From the NCBI GenBank assembly GCA_963762145.1, contig CAVXJS010000007.1, positions 320,001-384,000 of the forward strand: a stretch of DNA of 64,000 bases. Reading direction: 5' to 3'. Positions within the stretch are counted from its first letter, which is position 1, and each line of letters starts with the position of its first letter. This DNA is from an uncultured Candidatus Rokubacteria bacterium. GTDB lineage: Bacteria; Methylomirabilota; Methylomirabilia; Rokubacteriales; CSP1-6. This document shows, piece after piece, positions 9,179 through 18,211 of the stretch. Position numbers and translations under genes: made by a program. Below the pieces are notes generated by a model. The model saw only the letters and a list, made by a program, of their open reading frames with translations, was not told the DNA's origin and searched no databases.

Positions 9179-9667
9179 GTGGGATATGTGGAGCGGCATC
9201 TGCTGCCGGGCGAGCGCGTGCTGTACAAGACGCGGCTGCACTGGGGTGTCTTCGTCAAGCCGGTCCTGATCGTGCTGGCTGGGGTCGCCCTCATGGTGCT
9301 GCTCCGCCGGGTGCAGGACCCGCCCTGGCTGTGGATGGTCGGCGCGGCGGTCGCGCTGATCGGGCTCGTCTGGAGCTTCGTGTGCTACGTGGAGGTGATG
9401 ACCTCCGAGTTCGCGGTCACCACCTCTCGCCTGATCTTCAAGGTCGGCCTCATCTCCCGCTACACCACCGAGCTCCTGCTCGCCAAGGTGGAGTCCATCG
9501 GCGTGCAGCAGGGGCTCCTCGGCCGCCTCCTCAATTACGGCGACCTCACCGTCACCGGGACCGGCGGCGCGCGCGAGGTCTTCCGTCGGGTGGGCGACCC
9601 GATCGGCTTCCGCAACCACGTGCAGCAGGCGTCGCTCGGATCGGGCGGGGGCCCGATCGAAGGCTGA
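9179..9667 (+). CDS. Bacterial PH-domain (bPH_2) membrane protein
   Basis: 'LLPGERV..TRLHW', two TM helices, 'VESIGVQQGLLGRLLNYGDL'. Confidence 0.85.
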   Translation: MGYVERHLLPGERVLYKTRLHWGVFVKPVLIVLAGVALMVLLRRVQDPPWLWMVGAAVALIGLVWSFVCYVEVMTSEFAVTTSRLIFKVGLISRYTTELLLAKVESIGVQQGLLGRLLNYGDLTVTGTGGAREVFRRVGDPIGFRNHVQQASLGSGGGPIEG

Positions 9668-9691
9668 GCCGCCGGTCCGATCCGGGATCCG

Positions 9692-10480
9692 CTATCTCGC
9701 CCCCGGCGTGGCCCCCAGGTCCCGCGCGGTCCGGATGTCGGCGCTCTGGTCGCGCAGGATCGTCGGGCTGATCACCATCTCCTCGATCACGGTGCGCGCG
9801 GGCAGCGTCACGCAGAGCATGATCGCCTGCGCCACGTCGTCGGCCTGCATCATGCTGGCGCGGGCCTTGGCGTCGGGAACGAGCGGGCGGTTGTCGAGGA
9901 TCGGGGTGTCCACCTCGGCGGGCATGATGGTCGTCGCGCGGATGCCCTTCTCGCGCAGCACCGTGTGGACGTGGCCCATCAGGTTGCGCACCCCCGCCTT
10001 GGCCGCTCCGTAGGGCGCGCCCCCGATGAGGCCGGGCTTGAGCGCGGCGAGCGAGCTCACGGTCACGATGGTGCCCCCGCCGCGCTCGATCATGTTCGGC
10101 AGCACCGCCTGGGTCAGGGCGTAGACGCCGGTCAGGTTCACCGCGACCACCGCGTCCCAGTCGTCCTGCTCGACCCAGCGGACGTTGCGGCGCTTGCTCG
10201 AGTGCCCCGCGTTGTTGACGAGCACGTCCACGCGGCCGTACTGGGCCACCGTCCACTCGGCGAGCGCGCGCGCCTCGGCCGGCTTCGCCACGTCGCAGGC
10301 CCGCGCCACCGCGCGGCCGCCCGCCTTGGCGATCTCGGCGGCCACCGCCTCGATCGGCGCCTTGCGCCGGCTCGCCACCACCACCTGCGCGCCCTCGGCG
10401 GCCAGCATCAGCGCCGCCGCGCGGCCGATGCCGGTGCCGCCTCCCGTCATGATCGCGACCTGTCCGTCGAGCACTCCCAT
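9692..10480 (-). CDS. SDR family oxidoreductase
   Basis: TGGGTGIG, NNAG and YGAAK motifs. Confidence 0.93.
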   Translation of the reverse strand: MGVLDGQVAIMTGGGTGIGRAAALMLAAEGAQVVVASRRKAPIEAVAAEIAKAGGRAVARACDVAKPAEARALAEWTVAQYGRVDVLVNNAGHSSKRRNVRWVEQDDWDAVVAVNLTGVYALTQAVLPNMIERGGGTIVTVSSLAALKPGLIGGAPYGAAKAGVRNLMGHVHTVLREKGIRATTIMPAEVDTPILDNRPLVPDAKARASMMQADDVAQAIMLCVTLPARTVIEEMVISPTILRDQSADIRTARDLGATPGAR

Positions 10481-10507
10481 GGCGTGTCCTCCGGTCCGCG
10501 GGCCGGC

Positions 10508-11131
10508 TCAGCGCCAGGCCCAGACGGGCTGTTCGAAATGGTTCACGCGCGTCGGCCGTCCGTGGACGACCACCTCGCGCATCTGGTAGAGCACGGCCGC
10601 GGTCGGCGCGTGGATCAAGGTGCCGAGCAGGGGTAGCTGGATCACCGGGCGGTCGCTCTCCGGGATGCGGATGAAGCGCGGCACGTCCGGCCCCTCGAGA
10701 TCGTCGAGCGGCACGTGGTAGATCTTGGCCACCTCCGTCGGGTTCGGTACGAGCTCGTGATCGGGCTCGGCCCACACGACCACCGGGGTGATGATGAAGC
10801 CCGACCGGGTGCCGTAGTCGTCGAGCACGCCCAGCACCGTGCTCTCGTCGAGGGTCAGGCCCACCTCCTCCTGCAGCTCGCGCAGCGCGGCCCGCTCCGC
10901 GGTCTCGCCCGCGTCGACCCGGCCGCCCGGCAGCGCCCATTGGCCACCGTGTTTGCGCAGAGTCGCGGCCCGCCGCGTGATGAGAAAGCATGGGCGACCG
11001 TCCGCGTCCGGGAGCAGCACCTCGGCCACCGCGGCCCGCCGCCGGCCGTCGTCGGGCAGGGACTGCCGCTCGAAGGACGCCAGGTTGGCGCGCGCCCGGT
11101 CGAGCAGCGCGCCGTCCAGCCGCGCCGCCAC
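10508..11131 (-). CDS. Nudix CoA pyrophosphatase
   Basis: 'HGGQWALPGG..D..E...AALRELQEEVG' Nudix box; NPTEV. Confidence 0.9.
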   Translation of the reverse strand: MAARLDGALLDRARANLASFERQSLPDDGRRRAAVAEVLLPDADGRPCFLITRRAATLRKHGGQWALPGGRVDAGETAERAALRELQEEVGLTLDESTVLGVLDDYGTRSGFIITPVVVWAEPDHELVPNPTEVAKIYHVPLDDLEGPDVPRFIRIPESDRPVIQLPLLGTLIHAPTAAVLYQMREVVVHGRPTRVNHFEQPVWAWR

Positions 11132-11132
11132 G

Positions 11133-11924
11133 CTAGTAGGCCGGAAGCTTCCCGACCTTGGTGCCGGTCTTCCGCACGATGCCGACTTCCTCGGCGGCCT
11201 TGGCGGCCATGTGCCGGCTGTCGCTGGCCAGGGTCACGAACTGGTAGCCCTCCGCGATCATCTTGAGCGAGTAGGCCGCGGTGGCGTTGTGGATGCCCGC
11301 GACCACGTTGTGCCGCTTGCAGGCCGCCACGATCTTCTTCTGGGCGTCCACCACCGGCGGGTCGGTCTGATCGAGGCGGGGCTTGAGGCCCATGGCCAGG
11401 CTCAGGTCGGAGGGGCCCACGTAGATGGCGTCCACCCCGTCCACGCTCAGGATCTCGTCGAGGTTCTTGAGCGCCTCCGCGGTCTCGATCATCGGCATCA
11501 CGATGGTCTCGACGTTGGCGTGGTCGCCGTAGTCGGTCCCGGCGTAGAGGGACGCGCGCACCGGCCCCCAGCTCCGGAAGCCGCGCGGCGGGTACTTGCA
11601 CGCGCGCACCATCGCCTCCGCCTCCTGCGCGGTGTTGATCATCGGGCAGATGACGCCGTAGGCGCCCGCGTCGAGGATCTTCATGAGCCGGGCCGGGTCG
11701 TTCCACGGCACGCGGGCCAGGGGCACCACGCCCAGGGTGGAGATGCCCTGCAGCATGCTCACCGCGACCTGGTAGTCGACGACGCCGTGCTGCATGTCGA
11801 TGGTCAGCGAGTCGAACCCCTGGTGGGCCATCACCTCGGCCGAGAAGCCGCTCGGGATCGACAGCCACCCGTTCACGACCGCCTCGCCGCGGGCCCAGAT
11901 CTTCTTCAGCGTGTTCTCTCTCAC
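11133..11924 (-). CDS. HpcH/HpaI aldolase family protein
   Basis: DMQHG, ARVPWN, LDAGA, MIET, YVGPSDL motifs. Confidence 0.9.
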   Translation of the reverse strand: MRENTLKKIWARGEAVVNGWLSIPSGFSAEVMAHQGFDSLTIDMQHGVVDYQVAVSMLQGISTLGVVPLARVPWNDPARLMKILDAGAYGVICPMINTAQEAEAMVRACKYPPRGFRSWGPVRASLYAGTDYGDHANVETIVMPMIETAEALKNLDEILSVDGVDAIYVGPSDLSLAMGLKPRLDQTDPPVVDAQKKIVAACKRHNVVAGIHNATAAYSLKMIAEGYQFVTLASDSRHMAAKAAEEVGIVRKTGTKVGKLPAY

Positions 11925-11936
11925 GTCGATCTCCTG

Positions 11937-13103
11937 TCAGATGACCTTGTCGTTGCGGAGGGAGGTGATGTCGGCCGGGGAATAGCCCAGCTCGGCCAGG
12001 ATCTCGTCGTTGTGCTCCCCGGTGTCGGGCGCGGGCATGCGGACGCCGCCCGGGGTGCGGGAGAGCGTGACCGGCGGGGCCTGCACGAAGAGCTCGCCGA
12101 GGGCGGGGTGCTTCACCGGCACCGCCATCTTCAGATGCCGGATCTGCTCGTTCTCGTAGACCTGCTTCACGTCCAGGATGGGGCCGGAGGGCACGCCCTT
12201 GGTGTTGAGCAGCTCGACCCACTCCTGGGTACTGCGCTTGGCGAACGCCTTCTCGAGCTCCACCGCGAGCGCCTTGCGGTTCTTGGAGCGGTCCGGGGCG
12301 GTGCGGAAGCGCGGATCCTCCAGCAGCGGCTCGGTGCCGAGCGTCTCGCAAAGCCGCCGGAACATGTGCTGGCCCGAGGCCGCGATGTTGAGATGGCCGT
12401 CCGCGGTCTTGAAGACCCCGGTGGGGATCGCGGTGGGATGGTCGTTGCCGGCCTGCGGGGGGATCTCCTTGCCGATGAGCCAGCGCGAGGCCTGGAAATC
12501 CAGCATGGTCACCATCGCCTGCAGCAGCGAGGTGTGCACCCACTGGCCCTTCCCGGAGCGCTCGCGCTCGAGCAGCGCGACCAGGATGCCCTGGGCCAGG
12601 AAGATGCCCGCGGTGAGATCCGCGACCGGGATGCCGACGCGCACCGGGCCCTGGCCGGGCAGGCCGGTGATCGACATGAGCCCGCCCATGCCCTGGGCGA
12701 TCTGGTCGTAGCCCGGCCGGTCGCGGTAGGGCCCGTCCTGGCCGAAGCCGGAGATGCTGCCGTACACCAGGCGCGGGTTGATCTTGGAAAGCGTCTCGTA
12801 GTCGATGCCGAGGCGCGTCTTCACGTCGGGCCGGAAGTTCTCCACGACGACATCCGCGTTCTTGACGAGCTTGTGGATGATCTCGATGCCGCGCGGCGAC
12901 TTGAGATCCAGTGTCAGCGAGCGCTTGTTGCGGTGGAGGTTCTGCGAGTCGAAGCCGCGGCGGGGGAAGTCGCCCTCCACGTCCTCGCGCGCCGAGATCT
13001 GGACCACGCGCGCGCCCATGTCCGCGAGCTGGCGAACGCAGGTCGGGCCCGAGCGGGCCCGCGTGAGATCGATCACCGTGTACGGCGACAGCGGCAGCGT
13101 CAT
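11937..13103 (-). CDS. CaiB/BaiF (class III) CoA-transferase
   Basis: Own ATG at 13103 with GGAGG RBS; HRNKRSLTLDLK, ENFRP, GYDQIAQG, VADL motifs. Confidence 0.92.
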   Translation of the reverse strand: MTLPLSPYTVIDLTRARSGPTCVRQLADMGARVVQISAREDVEGDFPRRGFDSQNLHRNKRSLTLDLKSPRGIEIIHKLVKNADVVVENFRPDVKTRLGIDYETLSKINPRLVYGSISGFGQDGPYRDRPGYDQIAQGMGGLMSITGLPGQGPVRVGIPVADLTAGIFLAQGILVALLERERSGKGQWVHTSLLQAMVTMLDFQASRWLIGKEIPPQAGNDHPTAIPTGVFKTADGHLNIAASGQHMFRRLCETLGTEPLLEDPRFRTAPDRSKNRKALAVELEKAFAKRSTQEWVELLNTKGVPSGPILDVKQVYENEQIRHLKMAVPVKHPALGELFVQAPPVTLSRTPGGVRMPAPDTGEHNDEILAELGYSPADITSLRNDKVI

Positions 13104-14003
13104 CGCGCTCCTCCTGGCTTGGGCTGGGCGGGCATGATCGCCGAGCCGGTCTGCGATTGCGGGTTCCGGAGCGGCCAGCGGCCGGCGTCCACCGCGGTGA
13201 GGAAGTCGAGCAGCGTCCGGTTGAAGGTCTCCGGGTCCTCGAGATTGATCGTGTGCCCGGCCTTCGGCATGACCACGAGGCCCGACGAGCGGATCTTGCG
13301 CTTCATGAAGATGCCGGGCTCGAGGCAGGGATCGTCCTCGTCGCCGGTCACGATCAGGGTCGGCACCTCGAGCTTCTCCATCGCGGCCTCCAGCTCGAAG
13401 ATGGAGGGCCGCGACATCTGCACCCCGCGCATGGTGAGCGCGTGGCCCTTGGCGGACTGGCGCGACGAACTGGTCGTAGAACTCCTGCCAGCCCTTCGGG
13501 TCCTTGTCCATGAACTGCACGCGGGTGGGACCCTTGGTGTAGAAGGACGCGACGCCCACCATGCCCTCGGTGTCGAAGCGCCGCGCGGTCTCGTCCACGT
13601 CCTTCCGGAAGCGCTCGCGCTCGCCGGGGACGCTGCCGTAGCCCGCGCCCGCGACCGTGAGCGAGAGCGCCCGCCCGGGATGACGGAGGCCGAAGTGGAG
13701 CACCGCGTAGCCGCCCATGGACAGCCCGCAGATGTGGGCCTTGGGGATCTTGAGGTGATCCAGAATTCCCAGAATGTCGTCGGCGGCCTGGACCTGCGAG
13801 TACGCCTCCGGCTTGTCGGGGACGTCGGAGGGCGGGTAGCCGCGCGCGTTGTACGCGATGGTGCGGTAGCGCCGGGCGAAGAAGCGCACCTGGAGGTGCC
13901 AGCTCTGGTAGTCGCCCGCGAACTCGTGGACGAAGATCAGGGGCGCGCCCTGTCCCGTCTCCTCGTAGAACAGCTTGATTCCGCTGACGTCGGCGAACGG
14001 CAT
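13100..14003 (-). CDS. Alpha/beta hydrolase with a single frameshift near 13460 (probable sequencing error)
   Basis: GLSMG nucleophile elbow in the 5' frame; GDED and GHTINLE in the 3' frame; one extra C restores FVAQSAKGHALTMRG. Confidence 0.85.
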
Positions 14004-14094
14004 GGCTCGGCTCCGATCCGGGTAACGGCCCGTGCGGATTGTACAACAAGGAGCCTCTTGACGGGGACGCGGGTTCGGGCTGATGCTCGCGCCC

Positions 14095-14967
14095 ATGAAA
14101 AGACTCCTGGTGACGCTCGTGCTGGGCGGAGTGATGGCGACGGCCGGGTGCGCGTCGACGGGGCCGGGCGCCCCGCCGACGGGGACGCTCGAGCGCATCA
14201 AGGCGACGAAGACGATCGCCCTGGGTTACCGCGACTCGTCGCTGCCCTTCTCGTACGCGGGGCCCGCCAAGGAGCCGATGGGCTACTCGGTGGATCTCTG
14301 CACCCGCGTGCTCGAGGATCTGCGGACCGAGCTCAAGCTGCCCGACCTCCAGCCCCGCTGGGTGCCGGTGACCGTCGAGACGCGGGTGCGCGCGATCGTG
14401 GACGGGACGATCGACCTCGAGTGCGGCTCGACGACCAATACTCTCTCGCGCCAGGAGCGGGTGGACTTCAGCCTGACCACCTTCATCACCGGGGCGAGCC
14501 TGCTCTCCCTCGCCGGCTCGAACGTGGGCGAGCAGCTCGGGGCGATCCGGATCGCGGTCATTCCGGGAACCACCACCGAGCAGCTGGTCAAGAACGCGAT
14601 CACGAGCACGGGCGCCACCGCGGCCGAGGCGAAGCTGGTCGCGGTGAACGACCACGCCGACGGGCTGACCGCGGTGCTCGAGCGACGCGCCGAGGTCTAT
14701 GCCACCGATCGCGCCATTTTGATGGGCCTCGTGACGAGCATGGGCGATCCGCGGCAGTTCGTGCTGCTCGACCGCTATCTCTCCTACGAGCCCTACGCGC
14801 TCATGCTCCGCCGCGATCCCGAGTTCCGGCTCGCGGTCAACCGGACGCTGGCCCGGCTCTACCGCTCCGGCCAGGTGCTCGAGATCTACCGCCGGTGGTT
14901 CGGCCAGTGGGGCGCCCCGAGCCCGCTCATGCTCGGGATGTACGCCATCGAGGGCTTGCCGGAGTAG
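14095..14967 (+). CDS. Amino acid ABC substrate-binding lipoprotein, GltI-like (orphan)
   Basis: Lipobox TAGC; 'LGYRDSSLPFSY', 'DLECGSTTNT..RQ..VDFS', 'EPYALM'. Confidence 0.9.
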   Translation: MKRLLVTLVLGGVMATAGCASTGPGAPPTGTLERIKATKTIALGYRDSSLPFSYAGPAKEPMGYSVDLCTRVLEDLRTELKLPDLQPRWVPVTVETRVRAIVDGTIDLECGSTTNTLSRQERVDFSLTTFITGASLLSLAGSNVGEQLGAIRIAVIPGTTTEQLVKNAITSTGATAAEAKLVAVNDHADGLTAVLERRAEVYATDRAILMGLVTSMGDPRQFVLLDRYLSYEPYALMLRRDPEFRLAVNRTLARLYRSGQVLEIYRRWFGQWGAPSPLMLGMYAIEGLPE

Positions 14968-14976
14968 CCGCCGCGG

Positions 14977-16005
14977 TCAGAAGCTGAACCCCGCGCCCAG
15001 GATGTAGCGCTGGTCCGTGCTCCCACGGCCGGAGGACGGTGTCGCGTCGTAGCGATATTCGTAGCGCAGCTCGGCAAAGAGCCCCTTCCACACCGCCAGG
15101 CGGGCCCCCGCGTCGATGTTGAGCAGGTAGTCGCCGGAGAAGTCCTTGAAGCTCGGGATGTACTCGAGCTTGTGGTACAGCAGGAGCGGGTCGATGGGAG
15201 TCCAGTCGACCGAATAGGCCAGACGTAGTCCGAAGAACTCCTTCGTCCTGCCGCGCGTGTAGTTCTCGTACACCCATACCACGCCGAGCTCGTTGGAGAG
15301 ATTGAAGGTCCGGCTCTCGAACCACTGGTAGCCGACGCCGGTGCCGGGGGCCACCCGTACCTCCAGATCCGCCACCCCGTCCCGCTCCACCTTCGTGCTG
15401 AGGTAGCCATAGAAATGCCCGGTGAAGAAGTGATCGTACTTCGCCAGTCCCATGGCGTAGTCGACCGTGGTGGACTTGTCGCCGGTGTCCGGGTCCTCCT
15501 GACGGCCGAAGGTGTACTCGGCCCCGAAGGTGAGGCGATCGCGCGGCCAGCGCTTGGAGAGGGCGCCCCGGAAGCCGACCTGCTCCGTCTCGGAGTTGCC
15601 GCTCGTGACCAGGCCGTTCAGGGAGAACGAGCCGGTCCAGCTCGGCGGGGCGGGGTTGATCGCGTTGATGTCGGCGATGGCCAGCGGCTGTGGCGATTGC
15701 CCGGGAGCGGGCGCGGTCTGCACGAAGCGATCGGGTCCCGCGGCCACGTCCGAGCTCACGACCGGCTGCTCCTTGACCTCGACCGCGACCGGCGCGTCGG
15801 TCGAGAAGGTCTTCACCTTCGACATGTCGACGACGACGTCGCCCGCGCCCTCCGTCTTGATCGTGAGCTTGCCGCCGGTGGCCTTGAGGATCTTCCCGGT
15901 CAGCCGGTCGCCGTTGAGGAAGAGCACCTCATCGCCCCGGGCCCGGCCGACCGGGCAGATGACGAGGAGCAGGATCGGAAGGAACAGCAAGATCGACCGT
16001 CGCAT
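14977..16005 (-). CDS. DUF481/YdiY-like outer-membrane beta-barrel protein
   Basis: AGGAGG RBS, signal peptide, 'DEVLFLNGDRLTG', 'SGNSE', C-terminal GFSF. Confidence 0.82.
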   Translation of the reverse strand: MRRSILLFLPILLLVICPVGRARGDEVLFLNGDRLTGKILKATGGKLTIKTEGAGDVVVDMSKVKTFSTDAPVAVEVKEQPVVSSDVAAGPDRFVQTAPAPGQSPQPLAIADINAINPAPPSWTGSFSLNGLVTSGNSETEQVGFRGALSKRWPRDRLTFGAEYTFGRQEDPDTGDKSTTVDYAMGLAKYDHFFTGHFYGYLSTKVERDGVADLEVRVAPGTGVGYQWFESRTFNLSNELGVVWVYENYTRGRTKEFFGLRLAYSVDWTPIDPLLLYHKLEYIPSFKDFSGDYLLNIDAGARLAVWKGLFAELRYEYRYDATPSSGRGSTDQRYILGAGFSF

Positions 16006-16083
16006 GGACCGGACCCTCCTGTTGGATCGTGGTGACCGCGCATGGACCATTGTTGCTCCGGTGGCACGGAAGACGGGCCGCAT

Positions 16084-16112
16084 TTGACAAGCGCGAGCCC
16101 CCTGGCGACAAT
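16084..16112 (+). promoter_or_regulatory. sigma70 promoter
   Basis: TTGACA-N17-GACAAT. Confidence 0.7.
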
Positions 16113-16183
16113 CGGCTTCGCCGCCGAGCCTCAGATCGCCACGCTGTCCCCGTCGGGCCGAACGCCCGGGAAAGGTTTTCCGT

Positions 16184-17047
16184 ATGCGAGCCACGACGCG
16201 CCTTCGCCAGATGCTCAATGCCCCCGGGATCATCGTCGCGCCCGGAGCCTACGACGGCTTCTCCGCGCGCCTGATCGAGGCGGCCGGCTTCCAGGCGGTG
16301 TACATGACCGGCGCGGGCACCGCCGCCTCCCATCTCGGCCAGCCCGACCTCGGTCTGGCCACCCTCACCGAGATGGCCAACCACGCCGGCCATCTCGCCT
16401 CGTGCGTCTCGCTGCCGGTGGTCGCCGACGCCGACACCGGATACGGCAACGTGCTCAACGTGGTGCGGACGGTGCGCGAGTACGAGAAGGCGGGAGTGGC
16501 CGGCCTCCATATCGAGGACCAGGTGGCGCCCAAGAAGTGCGGGCACATCGCGGGCAAGCAGGTGATCCCGACCGAGGAGTTCTGCGACAAGATCCGCGCC
16601 GCGTCCGAGTACCGGACCGATCCCGACTTCGTCATCATCGCCCGCACCGACGCCCGCGCGGTCACCTCGCTGGAGGACGCGATCGACCGCGGCAATCGCT
16701 ACGCGCAGGCGGGCGCCGACCTGATCTTCTTCGAGGCGCCGCAGACCGAGGACGAGATCCGGCGGGTCGCGAAGGAGATCAAGGCGCCGCTGCTCGCCAA
16801 CATGGTGATCGGCGGCAAGACGCCCGCGATCAAGGTCTCCGAGCTCGAGCGCCTGGGCTTCAAGATGGTGATCTTCCCCGCGGTGTGCATGGCCGCCGCG
16901 GTGCCCGCGATGGAGAAGTCGCTCGCGTTCCTGAAGGAGAACGGCACCGACTGGCAGCCCGGCCCGGTGCTGGGCCCGATGGACATCTTTCGCCGGGTGG
17001 GCTTCGACTGGTGGCACGGTATCGAGGAGAAGTTCGCGGGGCGGTGA
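16184..17047 (+). CDS. Isocitrate lyase/PEP mutase superfamily lyase (PrpB/oxaloacetate hydrolase/CPEP mutase-like)
   Basis: DADTGYG, IEDQVAPKKCGH and ARTDA motifs. Confidence 0.9.
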   Translation: MRATTRLRQMLNAPGIIVAPGAYDGFSARLIEAAGFQAVYMTGAGTAASHLGQPDLGLATLTEMANHAGHLASCVSLPVVADADTGYGNVLNVVRTVREYEKAGVAGLHIEDQVAPKKCGHIAGKQVIPTEEFCDKIRAASEYRTDPDFVIIARTDARAVTSLEDAIDRGNRYAQAGADLIFFEAPQTEDEIRRVAKEIKAPLLANMVIGGKTPAIKVSELERLGFKMVIFPAVCMAAAVPAMEKSLAFLKENGTDWQPGPVLGPMDIFRRVGFDWWHGIEEKFAGR

Positions 17048-17505
17048 TGGCGTCGCAGCGCAAGCACGCGATCGAGATGCCCGGCTTGGCTGAGCGCTCC
17101 CGTGTGCGCCTCGCGTTCTTCGCGACGGCCTGGCTCACCGGGCTGTCGCTCGCGACCGCCTTCGCGGCCGCGGCCTACGGCTTCGGGCGCAGCGTGGAGC
17201 CCGAGCGTACCGACCTGATCAGCCTGGCGATCTTCGGTGTGATGGGGCTGGCCTCGCAGGCGGGGCTGCTGCTGGCGCCGTGGGCGACGACACGCGGGCT
17301 CACCTCGCGCATCATCGCGGCGCTGCTGATGGGTCCCGCCGGCGTATCGCTGAGCATCTTCGCCTACGAAGGGTTCACGCGATACGCGGCGGGCTCGCCG
17401 ATCTGGGTGGTGACCTGGGCGGTGTACCTCTGGGGTGTGCTCGTGTACGCGGCGGCGTACGTGGCGCTGGTCCGGGGAGGGGTCGGTCAGGTGCAGGAGG
17501 CGTAG
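17047..17505 (+). CDS. Hypothetical membrane protein (about 4 TM)
   Basis: TGATG coupling; hydrophobic segments. Confidence 0.65.
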   Translation: MASQRKHAIEMPGLAERSRVRLAFFATAWLTGLSLATAFAAAAYGFGRSVEPERTDLISLAIFGVMGLASQAGLLLAPWATTRGLTSRIIAALLMGPAGVSLSIFAYEGFTRYAAGSPIWVVTWAVYLWGVLVYAAAYVALVRGGVGQVQEA

Positions 17506-17518
17506 CCTTTTTTTGTGG

Positions 17519-17570
17519 TTGCATATACTAAACAGGTGATGTGTAATACGCGCCTGGTCATCTTATAAGA
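17519..17570 (+). promoter_or_regulatory. imuA promoter with a candidate operator
   Basis: AT-rich island; TTGCAT-N17-TGTAAT; perfect palindrome TCTTATAAGA at 17561-17570. Confidence 0.55.
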
Positions 17571-17575
17571 CACGC

Positions 17576-18211
17576 ATGGCTACCCCGATCGAGTCCTCAC
17601 CTCCGCCAGGGTGGGAGCGCGAAGGGATCGACGGCCTGCTCGGTCTGTTCCCGCCGGGTCGGCTCAGCGAGATCGTCGGCCCCCGATCCTCCGGAGGCAG
17701 CAGCCTGCTCCTGGCCCTCATCGCCCGGATCACGCGGGGCGGGCAGGTGGCCTTCGTGGACGGGATGGACGCGCTCGATCCGGCTTCCGCCGCGGCGGCG
17801 GGCGCCGATCTCTCCGCCCTGCTGTGGGTGAAGTGTGGCGGCCGGCTCCGGGTGGCGCTCAGCGCGGCCGATCTCCTGGTCCGTTGCCCCGGGTTCGCCC
17901 TGGTCGTGGTGGACCTGGACGAGCTCGGGCCGATGCCCGCCTCGGCTCATCTGCGGCTGCAGCGCGCGGTGGAGGGCGGCGACGCCATCCTGATCATCCG
18001 GAGCGCTCGCCATCGCGAGGGGAGCCCCGCCTCCCTGGTCCTAGCCACGCGGCGGCTGGCGCCGCGCTGGATGGGGCTGCGCCCCCTCACCCGCCTGGCC
18101 GGCCTCCGCTCCGAGGTCTCCATTTCCCGCGCGCGCCCTTCCCACACCCTCTCCCCTCTGGGGAGAGGGCAGGGTGAGGAAGGGCGCTGGACGCTCGACT
18201 GGACGCTATGA
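17576..18211 (+). CDS. imuA: ImuA (RecA-like, degenerate Walker A)
   Basis: 'GRLSEIVGPRSSGGSS' lacks the Lys; 'AFVD..DALDP..AAAAGADL..LLWV'; first gene of the imuB-dnaE2 operon. Confidence 0.8.
   Translation: MATPIESSPPPGWEREGIDGLLGLFPPGRLSEIVGPRSSGGSSLLLALIARITRGGQVAFVDGMDALDPASAAAAGADLSALLWVKCGGRLRVALSAADLLVRCPGFALVVVDLDELGPMPASAHLRLQRAVEGGDAILIIRSARHREGSPASLVLATRRLAPRWMGLRPLTRLAGLRSEVSISRARPSHTLSPLGRGQGEEGRWTLDWTL
18133..18187. repeat. CCCTCTCCCC-N3-GGGGAGAGGG palindromic repeat inside the imuA 3' end
   Basis: Core 18147-18169 followed by CAGGGTGAGG; outer stem GCGCCCTTCC/GGAAGGGCGC. Confidence 0.8.

Noticed and set aside
11937-14201. 754-aa hydrolase/CoA-transferase fusion ORF
   Set aside because: One extra base near 13460 shifts the hydrolase into the transferase frame. 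The hydrolase C-terminus exists in another frame (13100-13432) and the transferase has its own RBS and ATG.
10839-14987. 1382-aa plus-strand ORF and many other long antisense or alternate-frame ORFs
   Set aside because: Shadow ORFs expected from high GC3 codon bias; no recognisable motifs; they overlap well-supported genes.
16062-16076. TGGCAC as a sigma54 promoter
   Set aside because: No TTGC at the -12 position.
16184-17047. PEP mutase indicating phosphonate biosynthesis
   Set aside because: Has the lyase-type EDQ..PKKCGH motif, not the PepM EDK-X5-NS signature.
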